Origin: a candidate division WOR-3 bacterium
GTDB lineage: Bacteria > Hydrothermota > Tepidihabitantia > Tepidihabitantales > Tepidihabitantaceae
Length of the DNA stretch: 36,416 nucleotides
Reading direction: 5' to 3'
NCBI GenBank assembly: GCA_039801225.1
Contig: JBDRUH010000007.1
Span: 1 to 36,416 of the forward strand
Made by a program: the position numbers and the translations under genes. The notes below the pieces were generated by a model. It searched no databases and was not told where the DNA came from. It saw only the letters and a program-made list of their open reading frames with translations. How positions within the stretch are numbered: position 1 is the stretch's first letter; each line of letters opens with the position of its first letter. Below, piece by piece: positions 1 to 9,292 of the stretch.

Positions 1-168
1 TTACTCGGAACAGAATATGGAATTGGGGATTTAGATGATGGCTTGATGGATATCGGGACCAATTACTGTCTCAATCACGAAACCCCAAAATGTGACCATT
101 GCCCGGTAAATAAACTCTGTCTCAGTTATAAGAAAAACAAACATTTAATAACCGATTTTAGAACATAA
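1..168 (+). CDS. 3' end of an HhH-GPD/endonuclease III-like DNA glycosylase with a [4Fe-4S] loop (partial)
   Basis: Frame 1 reads LLGTEYGIGDLDDGLMDIGTNYCLNHETPKCDHCPVNKLCLSYKKNKHLITDFRT* (TAA 166-168). C-x7-C-x2-C-x5-C resembles the EndoIII FCL motif. Not in the ORF track. Confidence 0.65.
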   Translation, partial: LLGTEYGIGDLDDGLMDIGTNYCLNHETPKCDHCPVNKLCLSYKKNKHLITDFRT

Positions 169-278
169 GGAACTCTTCAGTACCATTTTGCCCGCCAGAG
201 TCTTGCTCTGTGCTTAACAACCTATCCGAAATACCGGCAGAAGGTAATAAATAGTAATGTTTCAGAGATATGACCTCT

Positions 279-307
279 TTGACACCGGTCAAGTCTTGAA
301 CTATATT
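279..307 (+). promoter_or_regulatory. sigma70-type promoter; the -35 lies in a TTGAC-N4-GTCAA palindrome
   Basis: TTGACA 279-284, 17 nt spacer, TATATT 302-307; palindrome ttgacaccggtcaa 279-292. Confidence 0.45.
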
Positions 308-436
308 ATCACCGGCAATTAACTCATTACTTTTAAAAAAAAGGTTATATTCTTTGCTTAGAAGAAAACTATCCGGTTTTTTTATTTATATTCCCCACGA
401 GGATATCATACGCCTCTTTTTTGAACTCATCGCATT

Positions 437-1402
437 ATGAGTGGAAATAAACCAATAGTGCTTTTTTCCCGCTGTCTCGGTTTTGAGCCCTGCCGGTATA
501 ATGGCGAGATTGTCCGCGACCAGTTTGTTGAGCACTTGAAGGGTTTCGTTGAACCAATTACGGTGTGCCCGGAGATGGCGATTGGTCTGGGGGTCCCCAG
601 AGAGCCGATTCGGATTATTTATCTCGCTGACCAGCCGCGCCTGATTCAGCCCGCAACCGGCAGAGACCTTACCGACCTAATGTCCAATTTTGTCCGCTCC
701 TTTCTTGACGAATTGAAGGAGATTGACGGGTTTGTCTTAAAATCCCGCTCCCCCTCTTGTGGAATCAGAGATGTCAAGTCCTATAATGAGGAGGGTAATC
801 TCCGACCGTCGGTAAACCGTCGGGGATTTTTCGGCAATGCGGTGATGGCAAAATTCCCTTTTAAGCCGGTTGAGGATGAAGGCAGGCTGAAAAACTTCTT
901 AATCCGCGAAAGTTTTCTCTCCCGGCTCTTTGCCCTTGCCCGTTTCCGCGCGTTGCGGAAAAATCCAACTATGTCCGCGCTGGTTGACTTTCACGCCCGG
1001 CACAAACTCTTGCTCCTGGCATACAATCAGGCTTTAATGCGAGAGCTGGGCAGAATTGTTGCCAATCCGCAAAAACGCCCGCTAAAAGAACTCTTAAACG
1101 AGTATGAGCCTTTGCTTTCCCAAGCCCTTTCCCGCCCGCCAAAATACACCAGCGCCATCAATGTCCTCTTGCATTCGCTCGGTTATTTTTCCCAGCGCCT
1201 GAGCGCAAATGAGAAGGCATTTTTCCTTGATACGATTGAGAGTTATCGCCGGGGAAAACTGCCTCTGAGTGTGCCGGTCAGCCTGATTCGCTCCTATATT
1301 GTCCGCTTTGACGAGCCCTATCTTGCCAAACAGTATTTCTTCAACCCCTATCCTGCTGAACTCTTAGACATTGCCGATTCGGGCAAAGGGAGGGACCGCT
1401 GA
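437..1402 (+). CDS. DUF523 (thiouracil desulfidase-like) + DUF1722 protein, YbgA/RudS family
   Basis: SRCLGFEPCRYNG, VCPEMAIGLGVPREPI and LKSRSPSCG motifs (DUF523); C-terminal FHARHKLLLLAY...YLAKQYFFNPYP (DUF1722). Confidence 0.9.
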   Translation: MSGNKPIVLFSRCLGFEPCRYNGEIVRDQFVEHLKGFVEPITVCPEMAIGLGVPREPIRIIYLADQPRLIQPATGRDLTDLMSNFVRSFLDELKEIDGFVLKSRSPSCGIRDVKSYNEEGNLRPSVNRRGFFGNAVMAKFPFKPVEDEGRLKNFLIRESFLSRLFALARFRALRKNPTMSALVDFHARHKLLLLAYNQALMRELGRIVANPQKRPLKELLNEYEPLLSQALSRPPKYTSAINVLLHSLGYFSQRLSANEKAFFLDTIESYRRGKLPLSVPVSLIRSYIVRFDEPYLAKQYFFNPYPAELLDIADSGKGRDR

Positions 1403-2358
1403 TGCGTATCGGTTATCCCTGTATCAACCTTTCCCTTGAATGCCGGGGAACAAAGACCTTTCGTCTCCGTTCCTATTCTCCGGAAAGATTCCAAGAGACC
1501 TTAGCCAACAACCTCGCCTGCCTGGAAAAAACGATAGAGTGGAACATAAAACACCACCTGCTTTTCTTTCGCATCAGTTCTGATTTGGTGCCGTTTGCCT
1601 CTCATCCGGTCTGCAAATTTCCCTGGCAAAAGGTGTTTCAAAGGGAGTTTCGCATTATCGGCAGGCTGATAAAAAGGGCGCAGATGCGCATCTCAATGCA
1701 TCCTGACCAGTTTGTGCTTTTAAATGCGCTTGATGAAAGGGTTGTCCGGGATTCAGTTCGTGAACTGAAATATCATTCCGAGATTCTTGATTTGCTCAGC
1801 CTGCCTTCAAACGCCAAGGTGCAGATTCACATCGGCGGTGTTTATGGAAATAAAGACAAAAGCGTTGCCCGTTTTATCCGGCGCTATGAAAAACTGCCCG
1901 AAGCAATCAAGCGCCGGCTGGTGATTGAGAATGACGACCGGCTTTACAATGTCTCTGACTGTCTGAAAATTAGTAAAGAAACCGGCATCCCGGTCCTTTT
2001 TGACTCATTCCATCACGAGGTGAATCCGAATGGCGACGATTTAAGAACCGCCTTTGAAAAATGCGCCCTTACCTGGCGGAAAAGGGATGGATTGCCGATG
2101 GTTGATTACAGTTCCCAGAAGCCCTCTTCCCGTTTCGGCTCTCATTCGGAACACATCAACCCTTTCCATTTCCGGCAATTTCTTTTTCAACTTGCCGGTT
2201 ATCAGTTTGACCTGATGCTGGAAATCAAGGACAAGGAGAAAAGCGCGCTTACTGCACTTAAAATCTACCAATCGCTCAAAGGTAATATCAACAATTTTAT
2301 GTCCAATACCCCGACGCTCTTGGTAAAGGGAAAAGTCAAAAAGATAAAAAGAGTCTGA
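1402..2358 (+). CDS. uvsE: UV DNA damage endonuclease
   Basis: MRIGYPCIN, FFRISSDLVPFASHP, RISMHPDQF, IHIGG, RLVIENDD, FDSFHH and MLEIKDKE motifs; TGATG coupling to the upstream gene. Confidence 0.93.
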   Translation: MRIGYPCINLSLECRGTKTFRLRSYSPERFQETLANNLACLEKTIEWNIKHHLLFFRISSDLVPFASHPVCKFPWQKVFQREFRIIGRLIKRAQMRISMHPDQFVLLNALDERVVRDSVRELKYHSEILDLLSLPSNAKVQIHIGGVYGNKDKSVARFIRRYEKLPEAIKRRLVIENDDRLYNVSDCLKISKETGIPVLFDSFHHEVNPNGDDLRTAFEKCALTWRKRDGLPMVDYSSQKPSSRFGSHSEHINPFHFRQFLFQLAGYQFDLMLEIKDKEKSALTALKIYQSLKGNINNFMSNTPTLLVKGKVKKIKRV

Positions 2359-2377
2359 TGCTCTCGCCAGTTCTGAA

Positions 2378-2405
2378 TGGACATTTTTGTTGACCGGGGT
2401 AAAAT
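2378..2405 (+). promoter_or_regulatory. possible sigma70 promoter for the radical SAM gene
   Basis: TGGACA 2378-2383, N16, TAAAAT 2400-2405, then 8 nt to ATG 2414. Confidence 0.35.
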
Positions 2406-2413
2406 AAAAAAGG

Positions 2414-3493
2414 ATGGTCTGTAAAGTCTGTCATAAGGAAAAGGTGGGCGCTAAAGTCCTTGGTTTGTGCGTTGACTGTCTCAGGCAAAATCCCGCGAGG
2501 TGTTTACCAATAATTTACCAGGCGCATAAAATGGTAAGGGAGAGGTTCGGTTTGCCCGTAGAACCGCCCAAAAGCAAAGATGGCAGGGGTTGTCGGCTCT
2601 GCGACCATCGGTGTCAGATTGGCGAAGGAGAGAAAGGGTATTGTGGACTGCGGGAGATGAAAAATGGCGAACTTAAAAGCCGGGTATCGTTACATAAAGG
2701 TCTGATTCACACCTACCTTGACCCGATTCCAACCAACTGCTGCTCCGCCTGGTTCTGCCCGGCAAGCAGAGATAATAAAGGAAGTTATAATCTTGCCGTT
2801 TTTGCTTATGGCTGTTCCTTCAACTGCCTTTTCTGTCAGAACCCCCAGCATAAGGAGATAGACCGGGTACCGGAGAAATCGGTAGAAGATTTTATCAATG
2901 AGGCGCTTGACGAGCGGGTCTCTTGTGTATGCTTCTTTGGTGGTTCAATAGAACCGCAGTTGCCCTTTGCCCTTTATGCGGCAAAAGAGATTTTGAAAAG
3001 AAGAAGGGTGAGAATCTGCTGGGAGTGGAACGGTATCGGCAATGAGAATTTAGTCCTTCAGGCGGCACAAATATCCTTTGAGTCCGGTGGCAATGTAAAG
3101 TTTGACCTCAAGGCATTTTATGAAGGTGTCAGTCTCGGACTCTCCGGGGTTGCCAACCGGAAGGCTTATGAAAATTTTGCCCTGGTGGCGAAGGAGTTTT
3201 TCTTTAAAAGAAAGGAGCCGGTTCTCACCGCCACAACTTTACTCGTCCCCGGCTATGTGGATGAGGTGGAGGTTGAAAAGATTGCCGAATTTATCGCCTC
3301 TTTAAGCAAAGAGATTCCTTACTCCCTATTGATTTTCCACCCTGACTTTTTTATGAAGGATTTACCTGTTACTCCTAAAGAGCAGGTTGAGGCTTGTTAT
3401 ACAGTAGCCAAGCGTCATCTTACCAGTGTCAACATTGGCAATCTTTTTCTCCTTAATCAAATACCCTCTTGTGATTACGCCCAAGGGTGGTGA
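2414..3493 (+). CDS. radical SAM protein (AmmeMemoRadiSam/PFL-activase-like) with Cys-rich N-terminus
   Basis: CSFNCLFC (CxxxCxxC) followed by QN; N-terminal CRLCDHRC...GYCGLR; GGSIEP; C-terminal IPYSLLIFHPDF...VNIGN. Confidence 0.85.
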   Translation: MVCKVCHKEKVGAKVLGLCVDCLRQNPARCLPIIYQAHKMVRERFGLPVEPPKSKDGRGCRLCDHRCQIGEGEKGYCGLREMKNGELKSRVSLHKGLIHTYLDPIPTNCCSAWFCPASRDNKGSYNLAVFAYGCSFNCLFCQNPQHKEIDRVPEKSVEDFINEALDERVSCVCFFGGSIEPQLPFALYAAKEILKRRRVRICWEWNGIGNENLVLQAAQISFESGGNVKFDLKAFYEGVSLGLSGVANRKAYENFALVAKEFFFKRKEPVLTATTLLVPGYVDEVEVEKIAEFIASLSKEIPYSLLIFHPDFFMKDLPVTPKEQVEACYTVAKRHLTSVNIGNLFLLNQIPSCDYAQGW

Positions 3494-3497
3494 GGTG

Positions 3498-4049
3498 ATG
3501 AAATCAGCCCAGTTAAGTGTCATCGCCTTTCCGAAACTGAGCAAAGAGAAGGAGATACTGGAACTTCGGGAAAAATTTGTGCCGGAAATTTCTCAGATAG
3601 AGCCCCATATTCCGATTGTTTCTCCCTGGACTCCAGCAGAACTGGGTGAGGTCCTCTCGGTAATTGATTCAATCAGTCGGACAAGAAAAAAACTCAGTCC
3701 GATTGCCATTGCCGGGGAAGGCTGGCGCCGGCAGGATGAACTCCTTATCTTAGAGATTACCGAAGGTGCCGAGGCGCTCGTTCAACTCTCCCGAAATATC
3801 ACCGGTGCTGAGCCGTTGTCGCTTTTACCGGAGACAAAAGAAGAGAAGGTTAATCTAATCGTCTGCCGGATTCCGAAAGGAAAAGACTGGGGCACGGTGC
3901 TGAAGGAGGCAAAAAAAATTGGCCGAACTGTTGGGGTGATTGATAGTATGATGTTGATTCGGCACCTGCCCGACCGCTCCTATCAAAGGGTAGCAAAGTT
4001 CCCCTTTGGTGTCGGGCGGGTTGACTTTTACGAGCGGCTGTTAGGTTAG
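3498..4049 (+). CDS. degenerate 2H phosphoesterase (2'-5' RNA ligase-like) family protein
   Basis: ILELREKF...IEPHIPIVSP resembles the 2H N-terminal lobe; start moved to ATG 3498 after GGTGAGGTG. Confidence 0.5.
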   Translation: MKSAQLSVIAFPKLSKEKEILELREKFVPEISQIEPHIPIVSPWTPAELGEVLSVIDSISRTRKKLSPIAIAGEGWRRQDELLILEITEGAEALVQLSRNITGAEPLSLLPETKEEKVNLIVCRIPKGKDWGTVLKEAKKIGRTVGVIDSMMLIRHLPDRSYQRVAKFPFGVGRVDFYERLLG

Positions 4050-4067
4050 AGTGTTAAATCGCTCAGC

Positions 4068-5828
4068 CTATGGCACTATCACCTTCTCCGTTCGTCCCTT
4101 TTGATTGACGACAAAATAGACGCCACTTTTTTTCGGACACCAAGATGCCTGACCATTACGCTCGGGTAAAAGACGCTTTTGGATTCTACCCAGCCCATCA
4201 ACAATTATTGCGCAACTCCCGGATATTGACAGTTCAATATCCTGCCCTTTAATCACCATCCTCCCATTCTTGGGCTTCATTCCCTGACTCTTTTCCTGAA
4301 CACCAGGCGGGCTCTGGAAGATGGTTATAATCGTATCAATCGGAACCTGGGTAACGGTGCGGCTGCCGTCGGGCCAGCGGATTACCACCGAGTCAATCGC
4401 TGAGTGCTGACCCAGCCCAAAGTGTTGGCGGGGAACGAAAAGTGAGCCGTAGTGCCCACCCTGATTGTGCAGCACCTCCCTAGTTACCCGTAAACTATCA
4501 GCCCAGACATCTATCCTTGCGCCGATTGCCGAGGTATTCGGATAATCACCTTTCAAATCCAGTTCCAGCCAGTGATTGGAGTTGCCGGAGTTGACCCAGA
4601 ATTCGTAGTAAGTGGTAGAACCGTCAGAACGCGCCCAGAACAAATCCAAAGCGCCATCGTTATTAAAGTCCACCCAGATGCCATAACTGACGCACTGCCT
4701 TGGACCCAATCCCAACGAATCGCTAACATCGGTGAAGTGACAGTTGCCCTCGTTGCGGTAAAGGTAAAAATCCGGGCGCGGGGCACCATAAAGGTTGGTC
4801 CAGAACAGGTCAACATCACCATCATTATCAAAATCACCGCAGGAGGGGCTGGAACCAATTTCGGTGTTCTTCATTCCTGAGCCTTGAAAGTGGCAGGTGA
4901 AATCCCAGTTCGGTGGTCCGTTATTTATCCAGAGATGTCCGGTGGAATCGCCGGGATAGCCCGGATGATGGGTAATCGGCGTAAATATGTCCAGATGCCC
5001 GTCATTATTGTAGTCGGCTATCGCGGCACCGATGTTGTGCCCGTAGTAGCCGCCGATATAAAGCCCCTGGACACCCTTTTCCTCCGCCACATCAATGAAA
5101 ATCCCCTCACCATTGTTCTGCCATAAAAGGTTGGGCAAAAGCCGGTAAACCGAAACAAACACATCCACATCACCGTCCTCATCAAAGTCAAAAAGACTGA
5201 CCCCGCGGGAACAGTACCAGGGAATAGAAACACCGGAAATATCAGAATAATCAATGAACTCACCGCCATTACTAAAAAGAAAAAGATAGTCCGGCTTGCC
5301 CTGAGCCGAATTGGGGGGCCACTCATAACTTGTGAGGAAGAAGTCCAAGAAGCCATCACCATTGCAATCAAACCAGGCCGGGTCAACCAGGTCGCGGTCA
5401 AAAATTGTATCCAGTCTGCCCAGACCCAATGACTCGGAAACATTCCGCAAGGTCCAGAAGGGCGGACCCTCATTTTTGTATATTAATACGAAATTGGTAT
5501 CATAGGTGTTCCCACCAAATCTCCGGTTGGTAACCATATCCGGGTAGCCATCACCATTAAAGTCTGCCCAGTCAACCAGTTCACTTTCAAAAATTCGGGT
5601 TGAATCCAGCCGGATAAAATGCGCCCCGGTGCCATCATTTAAGTAGACGACATTGGAAAAGAAGTCCAAAAAGCCATCCTGGTTATAGTCAACGAACGAA
5701 TTGCTCGCCGAACTGAATATGGTGTCAATGCCCAGTTCCGCAGGCGTGCGCCTGGTAAATGTAACCTGGGCGGTTGCGGTCGCCATCGCCGCCCCAAGCA
5801 TTAAAAACAGATTTATTATTTTTGCCAT
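4068..5828 (-). CDS. secreted FG-GAP repeat / ASPIC-UnbV (CRTAC1-like) protein with T9SS-like C-terminal tail
   Basis: Signal peptide; about 7 DxNxDGxxD repeats; NHWLELDLKG...AIGARI...HFGLG...IRWPDG; tail IVDGLGR...SGVYFV...TEKVIV. Confidence 0.85.
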   Translation of the reverse strand: MAKIINLFLMLGAAMATATAQVTFTRRTPAELGIDTIFSSASNSFVDYNQDGFLDFFSNVVYLNDGTGAHFIRLDSTRIFESELVDWADFNGDGYPDMVTNRRFGGNTYDTNFVLIYKNEGPPFWTLRNVSESLGLGRLDTIFDRDLVDPAWFDCNGDGFLDFFLTSYEWPPNSAQGKPDYLFLFSNGGEFIDYSDISGVSIPWYCSRGVSLFDFDEDGDVDVFVSVYRLLPNLLWQNNGEGIFIDVAEEKGVQGLYIGGYYGHNIGAAIADYNNDGHLDIFTPITHHPGYPGDSTGHLWINNGPPNWDFTCHFQGSGMKNTEIGSSPSCGDFDNDGDVDLFWTNLYGAPRPDFYLYRNEGNCHFTDVSDSLGLGPRQCVSYGIWVDFNNDGALDLFWARSDGSTTYYEFWVNSGNSNHWLELDLKGDYPNTSAIGARIDVWADSLRVTREVLHNQGGHYGSLFVPRQHFGLGQHSAIDSVVIRWPDGSRTVTQVPIDTIITIFQSPPGVQEKSQGMKPKNGRMVIKGQDIELSISGSCAIIVDGLGRIQKRLLPERNGQASWCPKKSGVYFVVNQKGRTEKVIVP

Positions 5829-5960
5829 CGTCCACTCCTTTTCTTCTTCTCTATATTATCTCCCCTTACCCAATCTGTCAACTAGCCACTATTTTATTTT
5901 TCCCCCGCTAGTAGGGTAATTCATAAATTGCCCCTAAGGTGATGGGATAGCTTTGCTCTA

Positions 5961-6195
5961 GCCTGCCCCGAGCCGACGCCAATAAATCCTAATTTTAAAG
6001 CACTAAATCCTAAACAATTTCTAATACCAAAGCCTGCCCCGAGCCCACAGAAAGGCCTGCCCCGAGCGACCAGACCCGAATCGGGCACTTCGGTCGGAAT
6101 GACGGGGCGAGGGGTCCCAATTATCAAAACATTTTGGATTTAGAACATTGGAGTTTTGAATTTGTTTAGAATTTAGGATTTCGGATTTAGAGTTT
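5961..6195. repeat. composite intergenic repeat: 3 x GCCTGCCCCGAGC, a GC-rich nested hairpin and inverted heptamer-like arrays
   Basis: GCCTGCCCCGAGC at 5961, 6032 and 6055; ctaaatcctaaacaatttctaa (6003-6024) is an imperfect inverted repeat of tttgaatttgtttagaatttag (about 6155-6176). Confidence 0.75.
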
Positions 6196-6244
6196 CTCCT
6201 TGAATTGAACACGGGGTGTTGACCAGAGAATAAAGTTCAATAAG

Positions 6245-7228
6245 ATGAAAAGAAAGATGGCGCCGGAAGATGTTTTCCCCGAAGTCTTAAAAAGACTTTT
6301 GGGGGAGGTTAGTAACTCTTTGCACAGAATCGTGCCCGTTTCCGGGCGGGAGAGGCGAAGCAAATTTATCAATTTTGAAGGTGGTGGTGTTGAACAGCAA
6401 TTTAACCGCCATCTCCTGTTGCACCATTGTGCCAATTATGCGGCAGCGCTCTCAATCTTTATCTCGGAAAAAAGCGGCCGGCGGATTCTGGAATTGGGCT
6501 GCGGCAGCGGTCTTCTATCCAGTGCCTTTGCCCGACTATTGCCCGAGGGCTATAGTCTCCTTGCTACCGATTATTCCTCCCAGATGATTGAATACGCCCG
6601 GTCAATCTGGCAGAAACAGTCAGGGTCCGCTCTGCGATTCGAGTGCTTGAACGCCAGAGATATTTCGGCAAATCTCCTTAAGGAGTTTGATGGGGTAATG
6701 TTCTTGGAGGTGCTTGAACACCTGCTACCCGAAGATGCGACCAGTTTACTTTACCGGCTCCACCACGGTCTTAAACCCGGCGGAATAGTGGTCATAAGCA
6801 CCCTTGACCGCTCGCCTTTTAAAAGACCCTTCTCCGGTTATATCCACCATCGGGTTGAGTATTCTTATGAGAAACTGCGAGATTTCCTATCCTCTCACGA
6901 GAACAATCCTTTTGCGACCTTTCAAGTCTATCGGTTGGTATCACCTGAAATCACTAAGAAGGCGGTGCACAGTGAAAATTGGGGCGGCTATCTATTCAAC
7001 CGGCTGGTCGGGATTCTCGAAATGATGAGCCGGCGCAATTCCGGTCTTGAGGTTACAAAGAAGAGAGTGGCAAATCTATTTTACCGGTTCTTCAACCCCT
7101 TATCCTCCAAGATGGGCTCCTATCCCCTCTCCTGCTTAGAAGACATCCAGTTTGTCACGACAGAGCCAGAAAGTTATAACCAGAATTCCTTCAGCCTTAT
7201 TGCCGTCCTTAAAAAGGCTACTGAGTAG
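6245..7228 (+). CDS. class I SAM-dependent methyltransferase
   Basis: ILELGCGSG motif I, DYSSQMIEYAR, FDGVMFLEVLEHL, LKPGGIVVIST. Confidence 0.85.
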   Translation: MKRKMAPEDVFPEVLKRLLGEVSNSLHRIVPVSGRERRSKFINFEGGGVEQQFNRHLLLHHCANYAAALSIFISEKSGRRILELGCGSGLLSSAFARLLPEGYSLLATDYSSQMIEYARSIWQKQSGSALRFECLNARDISANLLKEFDGVMFLEVLEHLLPEDATSLLYRLHHGLKPGGIVVISTLDRSPFKRPFSGYIHHRVEYSYEKLRDFLSSHENNPFATFQVYRLVSPEITKKAVHSENWGGYLFNRLVGILEMMSRRNSGLEVTKKRVANLFYRFFNPLSSKMGSYPLSCLEDIQFVTTEPESYNQNSFSLIAVLKKATE

Positions 7229-7820
7229 AAGCGATTATATATCTTATCTTTACCGGTGGTTTTGCCTGCCCCAGTTTCTCAAGGACATCCATCCCTTCAA
7301 CAATTTTCCCGATTACGGTGTATTTACCGTCAAGTTGCGGTAGCGGCTGGAGGCAGAAGTAGAACTGACTACCCGAAGACTCCTTGTTGGGGTTGACCTG
7401 GTCCGGCAGGCGCGCCATCGCCATTGACCCCTTCTCGTGCTTGCGCTTTATCTCCGCCGGCACAGTGTAACCCGGACCACCGGTGCCATCGCCCTTCGGG
7501 TCGCCACCCTGGACAACAAATCCGGGCTCAATCCTATGAAATGTCAATCCATTGTAAAACCCTTTAATCGCTAAGTTGACAACATTCTTCACATTCCGTG
7601 GGGCATCCTGAGGGAACATCTCCACCTTCATCTTACCGAAATCCTCCACACTGATGTTCAGAAAAAGTTTCTCGGGCAGGTTCATTCCTGCTATCGTATC
7701 GGTGAGCAACCCGGGTATGTTTATCTCCTCTTCGGTTATCGGTTTTGTCTTTACTTCCTTCTTTGCCCCGCAGTTGAAAATCAAGAGGGCAATTACCAAA
7801 AACGAAACGATTCTTAACAT
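7218..7820 (-). CDS. cyclophilin-type peptidyl-prolyl isomerase, probable lipoprotein
   Basis: FYNGLTFHRIEPGFVVQGGDP, GSMAMAR, SGSQFY, LDGKYTVIG; N-terminal LLIFNC lipoprotein-type signal. Confidence 0.92.
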   Translation of the reverse strand: MLRIVSFLVIALLIFNCGAKKEVKTKPITEEEINIPGLLTDTIAGMNLPEKLFLNISVEDFGKMKVEMFPQDAPRNVKNVVNLAIKGFYNGLTFHRIEPGFVVQGGDPKGDGTGGPGYTVPAEIKRKHEKGSMAMARLPDQVNPNKESSGSQFYFCLQPLPQLDGKYTVIGKIVEGMDVLEKLGQAKPPVKIRYIIASTQ

Positions 7821-7844
7821 ATTACCTCCTATTTTTTATCATTG

Positions 7845-8582
7845 CTAAAATAACTTTAACCGGAAATAGCGCTCCGGATGGGCTTTGATGTCGGTTATAA
7901 ACTCCTGCAACTGGCGGTTGGTCTTGAGTAACTCTTCATAAAGTTCTGGAGAACTCAAAAGTTTTTTCGCCGTGGACTCCTTGCCCAGCAGTTGTGTCAG
8001 GGTATCTAAGATTATGCTCAACCGCTGAATATTAGCCGCGGTAACCCCAAAACCCGAATCCAGACCCCGCAACCGGCTATTCACCAGACGGAGGAGTTCA
8101 TCCCGGGTGTGACGCAACTCCGCGCTTAAAAGCGCGGGGTCAATTCCCCCTAAGAGTCGGTCAAGGCGTAAAAAGGTACTCTCTAAGTCTAAGACCTCAT
8201 TGACACCATTAAAAGTAAACGTATCGGCAACAACTGCCCCTTCCCCAGGGGTAACGGTCAGATAGCGGTCACTACCAAGATAACTTAACGACCGAATGGC
8301 AAATCGGGCATTCTCGGTAAGCCGGACATCTCTATCAATCGCCAACTTGACCAATACCCCATTCCCCATCAGTTTCAACTCAACAATTCTGCCCTTGGTA
8401 ATCCCTAAGACATCCACCCGGTCACCAACCCGTAAGCCGGAAACATCAGAAAAATAGACCTTAACCAACCTTCTTCCTTGGGGAAAGAGCCTGCCGCCAA
8501 ACCAGAAATAACCAAAAACTCCGAGAAAGATACCGAGAAGGACAAAAATGGTAACTAAAATTTCACGGACACGCCGGTTCAT
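7845..8582 (-). CDS. mlaD: MCE/MlaD family protein
   Basis: N-terminal TM helix, FSDVSGLRVGDRVDVLG MCE motif, helical C-terminus ending DIKAHPERYF. Confidence 0.85.
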   Translation of the reverse strand: MNRRVREILVTIFVLLGIFLGVFGYFWFGGRLFPQGRRLVKVYFSDVSGLRVGDRVDVLGITKGRIVELKLMGNGVLVKLAIDRDVRLTENARFAIRSLSYLGSDRYLTVTPGEGAVVADTFTFNGVNEVLDLESTFLRLDRLLGGIDPALLSAELRHTRDELLRLVNSRLRGLDSGFGVTAANIQRLSIILDTLTQLLGKESTAKKLLSSPELYEELLKTNRQLQEFITDIKAHPERYFRLKLF

Positions 8583-9261
8583 AATCTTCCTTTTTTACAT
8601 CCACCGCAAGAACCAATTGATTGCCTTTTAATAGATAAAACCTTTCGGCCAACCGTCGGGCACTTTCCAGGTCATGAGTTACCACCACCACACTTCTTTT
8701 TCCCTTTTTGCTCACCTCGGTAATTAACTGACACACCCTTTCCCGGTTTGCCGGGTCAAGCCCGCTGGTGGGCTCATCAAAAAAGAGATAACTGGGGTCA
8801 TTAACTAACGCCCGGGCGATAGCAACCAGTTTTACCATCCCGCCGGAAAGTTCTCGCACCTTCAATTTTGCTGCCCCGGTCATTCCAACATCATTAAGGC
8901 TTTGCGCCACCCGCTCCTTAATCTCATTTTTGCTCAAGTGCGTCTTCTCGGTTAAAGGCAAAGCGACATTCTCTGCCACATTCAGCCAGTCAAATAAAGC
9001 CCCGGTCTGAAACACAAACCCAATCCTCTTTAGAATTGGCTCATTATCCACCACTCTACCATACCGTAGCGGTGTTCCATCATAGAGAACTTGTCCGGAA
9101 TCGGGTGGAATAAGTCCGGCGATGATTTTTAAAAGAACCGTCTTGCCCGCGCCTGAAGGACCAAGCACCACCACAATAGCCGAGTCCGGCACCGTCATAT
9201 TTACCCCGTCTAAAACCAACTGCCCTCGTAGCCGTTTTGATACCCTTTCCACCACGATCAT
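8563..9261 (-). CDS. mlaF: MlaF-type ABC ATPase
   Basis: Walker A GPSGAGKT, FQTGALFD, LSGGM, FFDEPTSGLDP; lies between mlaE and mlaD. Confidence 0.88.
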   Translation of the reverse strand: MIVVERVSKRLRGQLVLDGVNMTVPDSAIVVVLGPSGAGKTVLLKIIAGLIPPDSGQVLYDGTPLRYGRVVDNEPILKRIGFVFQTGALFDWLNVAENVALPLTEKTHLSKNEIKERVAQSLNDVGMTGAAKLKVRELSGGMVKLVAIARALVNDPSYLFFDEPTSGLDPANRERVCQLITEVSKKGKRSVVVVTHDLESARRLAERFYLLKGNQLVLAVDVKKEDYEPACP

Positions 9262-9292
9262 AATAATGGAACAAAATTAACCGAAGGCGTAA

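Noticed and set aside
5961..6195. CRISPR array
   Set aside because: Repeats are only 13 nt, irregularly spaced, and there are no cas genes
5921..6435. Short minus-strand ORFs 5921-6127, 6021-6212 and 6187-6435
   Set aside because: They translate repeat DNA or lie antisense to the methyltransferase, with no protein-like motifs
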